From Minisyncoccota bacterium (GTDB taxonomy: Bacteria > Patescibacteriota > Minisyncoccia > Phycocordibacterales > GWA1-40-21): a DNA stretch of 64,000 nt. Below, in pieces: positions 58,609-64,000 of this stretch. The stretch lies in contig JBAZYH010000003.1 in assembly GCA_041659365.1 (NCBI GenBank), positions 7,678 through 71,677 of the forward strand, in the 5' to 3' direction. Numbering within the stretch: the stretch's first letter is position 1; every line of letters begins with the position of its first letter. The translations under genes were made by a program, and so were the position numbers. The notes below the pieces were generated by a model, which saw nothing but the letters and a program-made list of their open reading frames with translations, ran no database searches and was not told where the DNA came from.

Positions 58609-59073
58609 TCACTTCTCCTTGTATTCTTCCAGAACTTGAATGAATGGGTACTGCTTTGCACTGTAAGCATAACCACGCATGATATCCCTCATACCCCGAT
58701 ATTCTTCTTTGTATCCGAGGTTAAAGGAAATGCGATTTGCCCACCAGTAGTAGTACCACCCTTCCGTTTCAATAAATTCTCTCCAGTGTCCTGGATCGAA
58801 CTGAACCAGCTTTGCACTGGCTCCACGACCCGCAGACATTACAGCCACACGAACTGGCCGGACATCCACACGAACCACAAAAACCCACGGTGGTGTTATG
58901 TGTATGCCACCTTTTTCTTGAATCCACATTTCGCCAGTAATCTTATTCCTGGCGATACCGATCTGGGTAGGTTCTGTATAGTTCACAAAACCAATGTAAA
59001 AGAAAAAGGTAATGGTCAAAGAAACAACGATCGTCTTTGACCATTTCTTTTCAAAGAGTTGATGTACGTTCAT
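58609..59073 (-). CDS. Membrane-anchored hypothetical protein, GC-rich paralog B (possible SPFH/band-7-like fold)
   Basis: Start Met shares an ATGA overlap with the upstream paralog's stop codon. Contains VRVDVRPVRVAVMSAGRGASAKLVQFDPGHWREFIE. GC content ~50%. Confidence 0.45.
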   Translation of the reverse strand: MNVHQLFEKKWSKTIVVSLTITFFFYIGFVNYTEPTQIGIARNKITGEMWIQEKGGIHITPPWVFVVRVDVRPVRVAVMSAGRGASAKLVQFDPGHWREFIETEGWYYYWWANRISFNLGYKEEYRGMRDIMRGYAYSAKQYPFIQVLEEYKEK

Positions 59074-59567
59074 TTTGTCACACTGAACATTTTGTTCGTC
59101 GAAGCTTCTGCACATTGATTTGGGGCAATTTCTTGGATTACCTCCAAAAACGGGCAATCCCTTCCACCGGCCAGATCAAAGGCATAGCATTTTAGGATCT
59201 CCAACAACCAAGTCGTGTTGTCACCAGCATCACGACCATGCCACTCAACGAATGTCTCCAGCCCGTCCGGATTGAACCGTACAAGCTTGGCATTCAACAC
59301 ACGCTGATTTGCACTGATTGTGAGCTGATAAGGACGAAGGTCAATCGCGTGCACGCTGTAACGAATCGGCGTGCGAATGACCCAGCCCGTATGGTTGACC
59401 GTCTCGATCTTGCCGGTAGCCTTGTCGAAGACGAAGCCCATCTGGTAATTGTCGACGAGCGTAACCCACAAGGCAAACCAGATGAGAAACCCGATGAAAG
59501 CGACAACCAAAGAAACAGCGAGACCAATCACGATGTTTTTAACCATATTCCTGTTAATGAATTTCAT
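59070..59567 (-). CDS. Membrane-anchored hypothetical protein, GC-rich paralog A
   Basis: N-terminal TM. VHAIDLRPYQLTISANQRVLNAKLVRFNPDGLETFVE parallels the downstream paralog. GC content ~50%. Confidence 0.45.
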   Translation of the reverse strand: MKFINRNMVKNIVIGLAVSLVVAFIGFLIWFALWVTLVDNYQMGFVFDKATGKIETVNHTGWVIRTPIRYSVHAIDLRPYQLTISANQRVLNAKLVRFNPDGLETFVEWHGRDAGDNTTWLLEILKCYAFDLAGGRDCPFLEVIQEIAPNQCAEASTNKMFSVTK

Positions 59568-59678
59568 CTTTCCTTGAACCTTTCTTTTCTTCCTAGAAAC
59601 TGCTAGGACAGTTATACCTTACAAGGTACTATAAGAATCTATATCTAATTATACACATAATTATATATATGTCAAGTG

Positions 59679-59749
59679 CTGGGGGACTTGGATTCGAACC
59701 AAAATAAACGGATTCAAAATCCGTTGTCCTACCATTAGACGATCCCCCA
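59679..59749 (-). tRNA. tRNA-Gln (anticodon UUG)
   Basis: Minus-strand sequence is TGGGGGATCGTCTAATGGTAGGACAACGGATTTTGAATCCGTTTATTTTGGTTCGAATCCAAGTCCCCCAG. It has a 7-bp acceptor stem, D-arm TAATGGTAG, anticodon stem ACGGA/TCCGT with loop TTTTGAA, and T-loop TTCGAAT. Confidence 0.8.
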
Positions 59750-59753
59750 ATAT

Positions 59754-60443
59754 TTAACCTTTCAATATACCATTAACCCAACCCTGAACCTTCCTATTTA
59801 ATGTTGAGCTCTTCAATACTTTAACGCGTAATAAGCCAAAATACAAGTCCCCTATGTTTTTTCTTTTTGTTTTTATTATATTTTTCTTAAAATAAACTGT
59901 ATCAAAAAATTTAATATCAAAACCAGTCATATTTGACCAATATTCTTTAAATCTCTGCACTTCATTTCTATGATTATCATGAATATATATTTCAAAACCC
60001 ATTTGACCTTCTTGTATTTTACATATTTTAGTTAACCATTTTAAAAATACAATAATCATCTTTGGATCAGAATTTGAAAATTTTATCCCTGAACCCGGAG
60101 CATATTCTTTCTCTTTTGAACCTTCAGCCCAGTATAAAGCTGTGCCAATAAGCCAAAGTTCTCTATCTGAGATTTTTCCGATCTCTGTTTCTGAAGAATT
60201 CAATATTCCTTTTGAAAGTTCTATTCTTTGTCTTTTTCTAGCTAAACCACCACTCAAACTTGCGAGTCTTCTCTTTTCGGTAAAAGCTTGTTTTTGATGT
60301 TTTGCTATACCCACATCTCTGAGCCATTCAGAAAGAGTCGATTTTGCTACAGGAATAATCTTGAGAATTTCCGAATAAGTTTTCCCAGATTTTCTAAGAT
60401 TAATCGCTCTAATATTTAATTCTTTTTTACGAACATTTATCAT
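59754..60443 (-). CDS. Hypothetical HTH-containing protein with possible LAGLIDADG-like motif, abutting tRNA-Gln
   Basis: N-terminal KSGKTYSEILKIIPVAKSTLSEWL (HTH). LWLIGTALYWAEGS resembles a LAGLIDADG block. Tentative. Confidence 0.35.
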   Translation of the reverse strand: MINVRKKELNIRAINLRKSGKTYSEILKIIPVAKSTLSEWLRDVGIAKHQKQAFTEKRRLASLSGGLARKRQRIELSKGILNSSETEIGKISDRELWLIGTALYWAEGSKEKEYAPGSGIKFSNSDPKMIIVFLKWLTKICKIQEGQMGFEIYIHDNHRNEVQRFKEYWSNMTGFDIKFFDTVYFKKNIIKTKRKNIGDLYFGLLRVKVLKSSTLNRKVQGWVNGILKG

Positions 60444-60487
60444 TAGTTCTAGTATACATGAATAATGTTCATAAGTATATCAATATC

Positions 60488-60518
60488 AACCTGGACTGCT
60501 TCATCATGTTCGCAAAGA
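60488..60518. repeat. Family-C palindromic repeat copy (AACCTGGA...CGCAAAGA)
   Basis: Matches the copies at 6415, 9093, 16056-16134, 38566 and 60757. Confidence 0.55.
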
Positions 60519-60574
60519 CATACAAAAATCTGTATAATAAAAAAGAATTGTACAAACAAAAGAAAGGGGGTTGC

Positions 60575-60601
60575 GATGGCAACTGCGAAGAAGACGAGAT
60601 A
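60575..60601 (+). other. Tiny ORF (MATAKKTR, 8 aa) with strong RBS inside a ~110-nt promoter-to-terminator unit
   Basis: TATAAT at 60533-60538, RBS GAAAGGGGG, then ATG. Terminator GGGTCGTTTACGACCC followed by TCTTTTTT at 60623-60652. Confidence 0.3.
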
Positions 60602-60668
60602 AGAAGTTCTCGCTAACGAGAAGGGTGGGTCGTTTACGACCCACTCTTTTTTACTTTAGCGAAAGTAT

Positions 60669-60748
60669 GTCGCGTAGTGCTTGCCCGAAACATTTGTATT
60701 CAAATAGGCGGGTCCATTGAAGCGCGACACAAACTAATAGAAAATTCC
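60669..60748 (+). repeat. Conserved hairpin module copy (expanded loop), GTCGCGT...GCGCGAC + ACAAACTAATAGAAAATTCC
   Basis: Same stem and tail as the copies at 15991 and 62309. Confidence 0.55.
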
Positions 60749-60860
60749 TTATAATTAACCTGGATTGCGACGCTTTGCTCGCAATGACAATGCAAATACT
60801 GGATTCCCCCTCCTGAGGCGGGCAGGCTATCTTCGCGGGAATAACAACACAAACTAAAAC

Positions 60861-61895
60861 CTAGTTTTTCTCGATTAGTTTCACTAAAACAAGTTCAAGT
60901 GGAAGCTCTGGAATATAAGCCTTTGTCACCATATCATAATAATTTAAGAGAGTGAGTAAAGAGTCAGAATTAATCTTTGATGGTTTTTTATCGGCAAGTC
61001 CTTTCAAGAAAATAAAATCTGAGTCAGAAAGTTCCTCTTTCAACTTCCCTTCTGCACTTTTTAGATTTCTTAAAAGTAAGATTGAGCGCATTTTGTGTAA
61101 TACTAGTCTAAAATACAAAAGCATATCTATATTTAGATCAGTAGCCTTTGATACAGCCCCTAAACCTAGTTCTAAGTTCCCTTCATCTATTGATCTAATA
61201 AAATCATTTACTATCTCGGCTCGTGGTGCACCTGTTACGAGCTCTACTTCTTCAGGAGAAACTTTATTGTCTTTTGAAGAGCTTATTACTTTCTGTAAAA
61301 TACTTTCTGCATCACGAAAAGATCCATCACCAAGTAAAGCTATGAGCTCGGCAGATGAAGGTTCTATTTTAAAATTCTCTTTTTTAGCAATAGAGATAAT
61401 TACATCCTTTAAAACCTTTTGGGTTGGTTTTTTAAAAACAAATGTCTGACATCTGGAAACTATTGTTTCTGGAATTTTGTTTGATTCAGTAGTAGCAAGT
61501 ATAAAAATAACATGACTTGGTGGTTCCTCAAGCGTTTTCAAGAGTGCATTCCAAGCTGACTTTGAAAGCATGTGTGCTTCATCTAGTATATAAACTTTAT
61601 ATTTTGATTCAAAAGGAAGACTGTTTACAGATTCATTTAGTGCGCGTATATCATCCACACCAGTATTTGATGCTGCATCTATTTCTGTAACATCATTTGA
61701 AGTTGTACCTATTTCTTTTGCAAAGATTCTTGCAATACTTGTCTTTCCTGTACCTCGTGAACCAGAAAATATATAAGCATGAGCAATATTTCCAAGTTTG
61801 ATAGATGATTCCAAAACTTTTACTATATGATCCTGACCCAATACTTCACCGAAATTTTGTGGGCGATATTTTCTATATAATGTTGTTTCTGACAT
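60861..61895 (-). CDS. dnaX: DNA polymerase III subunit gamma/tau (short form)
   Basis: YRPQNFGEVLGQ, GSRGTGKTSIARIFAKE (Walker A), and DEAHMLS (Walker B). Length 344 aa. Confidence 0.85.
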   Translation of the reverse strand: MSETTLYRKYRPQNFGEVLGQDHIVKVLESSIKLGNIAHAYIFSGSRGTGKTSIARIFAKEIGTTSNDVTEIDAASNTGVDDIRALNESVNSLPFESKYKVYILDEAHMLSKSAWNALLKTLEEPPSHVIFILATTESNKIPETIVSRCQTFVFKKPTQKVLKDVIISIAKKENFKIEPSSAELIALLGDGSFRDAESILQKVISSSKDNKVSPEEVELVTGAPRAEIVNDFIRSIDEGNLELGLGAVSKATDLNIDMLLYFRLVLHKMRSILLLRNLKSAEGKLKEELSDSDFIFLKGLADKKPSKINSDSLLTLLNYYDMVTKAYIPELPLELVLVKLIEKN

Positions 61896-62044
61896 AGGGA
61901 GATTATATCATATGAGATTAAGAATGTTGAATAGTGAATGTAGAATGTAGAATCATTATTCATAAATGGTTAAGCTACATTATTTTGTAAAATAAAAATA
62001 CCGTACTTCTCATGAAGTAAGGTATTAAGTAGTAAGTTTCATCC

Positions 62045-62185
62045 TCAAGACTCAGGTGACACAAGAAGTTCATCACCCTTACCTTCTTGCCAAATTTCGG
62101 TAATAACTTCTGCAGACACAGTGACCAAACTCAGATCTGATTCACCATCTTCTTTTGCATTTTTGTCAGGTTCTCTTTTTTTCAT
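62045..62185 (-). CDS. Small acidic protein (46 aa)
   Basis: Strong RBS AAAAAGGAGAATCTTATG. Possible promoter TTAACT-16-TATTAT upstream. Minus-strand terminator at ~61993-62015. Confidence 0.3.
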   Translation of the reverse strand: MKKREPDKNAKEDGESDLSLVTVSAEVITEIWQEGKGDELLVSPES

Positions 62186-62308
62186 AAGATTCTCCTTTTT
62201 AAAACATTCCTTAAAAATAGTAACAGATAAAAGGAAAAATACAAATAATATTATTAGAGATACTTTAGTTAATTTTAATACATTAAAGGAGGTTTCTATT
62301 TAGTTTTC

Positions 62309-62470
62309 GTCGCGCTTCAATGGACGGTGCGCGACGTGATAAAATTAATTACACAAAATTCATATATGGAAGTTGTCTATTAGTTTGCGTCCCCCTAATC
62401 GGACAGTTGGGTGACGTACTTTTGCAAAAGTAAAAATAGCACCCACCGAGAAAGTCTCAGGGGGTGCTAT
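62309..62470 (-). repeat. Composite conserved hairpin module: GTCGCGC-TTCAATGGACGGT-GCGCGAC, GTCCCCC-loop-GGGTGAC, CTTTTGCAAAAG palindrome, and a minus-strand terminator
   Basis: Two hairpin variants in tandem, then a perfect 12-bp palindrome, then ATAGCACCC...GGGTGCTAT hairpin with a T-run on the minus strand. Confidence 0.6.
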
Positions 62471-62651
62471 TGGGTTCGGCTTACGAACCCGGGCGCCGGC
62501 AGGTCAGATCAGATTAAGGGTGTAACCCCAGATCGGACCCGCACGAGCGGTGCCGTGGTTTGTCTTTTTCATTGTGTTTCCCTTTTTGCCTTTTACCGCA
62601 GGTTCATCACGATGAAGCGAGGTTTCATCAACCAAGCCTTGTACTGATTCA
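62436..62651 (-). ncRNA. Candidate ~215-nt GC-rich structured small RNA of unknown family
   Basis: Minus-strand sigma70 promoter TTGACA (62685-62680), 16-nt spacer, TATACT (62663-62658). Intrinsic terminator at 62470-62436. GC content ~55% versus ~30% background. The only ORF inside is 22 aa. Confidence 0.35.
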
Positions 62652-62657
62652 TATACA

Positions 62658-62685
62658 AGTATAGCATACCTAGTTTTTTTGTCAA
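62658..62685 (-). promoter_or_regulatory. Sigma70 promoter TTGACA-16-TATACT (minus strand)
   Basis: Perfect -35 and a near-consensus -10 with a 16-nt spacer. Confidence 0.6.
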
Positions 62686-62783
62686 GCTTTTTTGCATTTC
62701 ATCTTGTTAAGAAGTTTAAATACGTTGATAAATAAGGATATTTATGGGTAGTAATTAAAATATAAAAACATCTATTTATTTGC

Positions 62784-62858
62784 GTCGCGCTTCAATGGAC
62801 AGTGCGCGACGTGCTTCTGCTGAAGCAAAAAAAGAAGGGCGGTTCTGCTGAACCGCCC
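62784..62858 (-). repeat. Conserved hairpin module copy + minus-strand terminator
   Basis: GTCGCGCTTCAATGGACAGTGCGCGAC, then GGGCGGTTCTGCTGAACCGCCC with a T-run on the minus strand. Confidence 0.6.
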
Positions 62859-63212
62859 GTTAGAAAAGACTCGTATGTTGCTCAACTTATTACCTATCTC
62901 AAGTTTTTCCAACATTCATACAATCATAAGCTGCGTTGTTGATAAGTAAATTCAGAAGAACAGCTTACAGACAAACGAGTTAGGTGTCTGCACGTTTTTT
63001 AAAGTGGAACTTACCACTCAAAAAGTTTGTAGTCAGGAACTATCAAACACCTTGTCACTTTGCATAGTAACCTTCCTTTCTTTGAGATCTGTCTAAAGTT
63101 GATACTAATTTATTTTAAACAAAAGTCAATAAAAAAGAGGACGGAGTAAACTCCGCCCTCACCTTGTCCTTGATCTCGGTATCGGTCTTTCACCCCGTTC
63201 AGTGCGGTGGGA

Positions 63213-63320
63213 TTACAGACCTTCCTTGGCCGTGATCGAAGTCTTCATGAACGTGCCGTCAGCCGTCTTAGCCACGATGCACTCAATACCAACCATCGAA
63301 TGAGCTGTTAACTTGGGCAT
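63213..63320 (-). CDS. Small GC-rich ORF (35 aa, MPKLTAHSMVGIECIVAKTADGTFMKTSITAKEGL); may instead be part of a structured RNA
   Basis: RBS AAAGGA 10 nt upstream. Minus-strand terminator at 63128-63165. GC content far above background. Confidence 0.25.
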   Translation of the reverse strand: MPKLTAHSMVGIECIVAKTADGTFMKTSITAKEGL

Positions 63321-63555
63321 AGTCAGTTTTCCTTTAGAGAACCGATAACACACCATTACCCTAGACAAAACCGTATTTTATCAAAGCTATACTTTAACAA
63401 AACCTTTGTTACCACCAAAGGTATCTAGAGTAAGAAAATTATTACATAAGAGAAAATTTTATGCAAATTTGAAATATATAAAACAGATTCAAGATTTATG
63501 ATTCAGGATTTAAGATGAATTAAAATTCGTATAAGGAAGTTGTCTACTAGTTTGT

Positions 63556-63630
63556 GTCGCGCTTCAATGGACATTACGCGACATATTTTCGCAAAAATAA
63601 AAACGGCGGGAGTACATGACTCTCGCCGTT
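63556..63630 (-). repeat. Conserved hairpin module copy + minus-strand terminator
   Basis: GTCGCGCTTCAATGGACATTACGCGAC, then ATTTTCGCAAAAAT, then ACGGCGGGAGTACATGACTCTCGCCGT with a T-run on the minus strand. Confidence 0.6.
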
Positions 63631-63665
63631 TGGTCCTTTTAGAACCATCCATCAGCTTTCTTTGC

Positions 63666-63785
63666 CTAGGAGGTGCTGAGGGCCGTCATCGCGCCGCCGG
63701 TTGAAGTTGTCATCGAGTGTCTTACCCGACAGGTTGCCGTTGATACCGCCGTTGTGCGACCGTGTCGCTTCAGTGATCTGGCCAT
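63666..63785 (-). other. Small GC-rich unit (39-aa ORF with AAAGGAG RBS, or a structured RNA)
   Basis: ATG at 63785 lies 7 nt after AAAGGAG. An alternative out-of-frame 52-aa ORF starts at 63810. Coding status unresolved. Confidence 0.2.
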
Positions 63786-64000
63786 AATGTGCTCCTTTCA
63801 GAAACACCATTTTTTGTTTTGACCCAACTCAGTCGAGACCAATGTCCGACTCGTGCTTTGACCAAATAATTATTGCATAGGACAAAAATAATGCAAATTA
63901 AGAATGTGGATATTTTTTTAGTTTATGTTATTTCAAGAGAACTTTCGTACAGGTAAACATCGGGTGACGTGAGAAAATTCAATGGATAATGTCATCTTCT

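Noticed and set aside
60952-61449. 165-aa plus-strand ORF inside dnaX
   Set aside because: Antisense to the Walker-motif-containing dnaX. Ser-rich shadow frame.
62411-62647. 78-aa plus-strand ORF across the GC-rich segment
   Set aside because: No RBS, and the start is inside the hairpin module. The segment has a clear promoter and terminator on the opposite strand, so it is interpreted as a minus-strand sRNA or small-ORF unit instead.
1-64000. CRISPR array
   Set aside because: The repeated hairpins (GTCGCGC…GCGCGAC) are dispersed singly over >45 kb with non-uniform spacing and conserved flanks, not arranged as regularly spaced repeat-spacer units. No cas genes are present.

Overview
Low-GC (~30%) bacterial chromosome segment with short genes, many tiny ORFs and abundant small palindromic intergenic repeats (reduced-genome, CPR/Patescibacteria-like; TGA is used as a stop). 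Positions 1-41.7 kb are housekeeping backbone: mraY-ftsW-murG, gltX, M23 peptidases, rpmA, rplI, ctp, corA-like, cysS, dnaB, recR, pyrG, rplU, uppP, dsbA-like, a UvrD-helicase/PD-(D/E)xK nuclease fusion, a short G6PD-like gene, purF, rubredoxin, an ApbE/ferric-reductase-like/FNR-like redox trio, and tandem M14 carboxypeptidases. Positions ~41.7-59.7 kb look like a composite, horizontally acquired island ending at tRNA-Gln(UUG). It contains a GC-rich foreign purN plus a 3' purL fragment fused to a duplicated serine-recombinase 3' fragment, tRNA-3'-end-like att repeats, an intact large serine recombinase, a DUF4238-like gene, and a minus-strand four-gene operon (N6-adenine MTase, HNH nuclease, orphan REC-like protein, 732-aa protein with two GHKL ATPase domains including a histidine-kinase-type C-terminus). 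That operon is the best candidate for an undescribed two-component-like restriction/defence module. A DUF2726 gene, a TrmB regulator, coaE and a coaD-HD fusion follow. The 3' end (60-64 kb) holds dnaX and a cluster of small GC-rich minus-strand transcription units, including a ~215-nt candidate structured sRNA with a canonical sigma70 promoter and intrinsic terminator. Each unit is separated by a conserved hairpin module (GTCGCGC-loop-GCGCGAC / TTTTGCAAAA) that recurs at least six times in the window. No CRISPR array or rRNA was seen.
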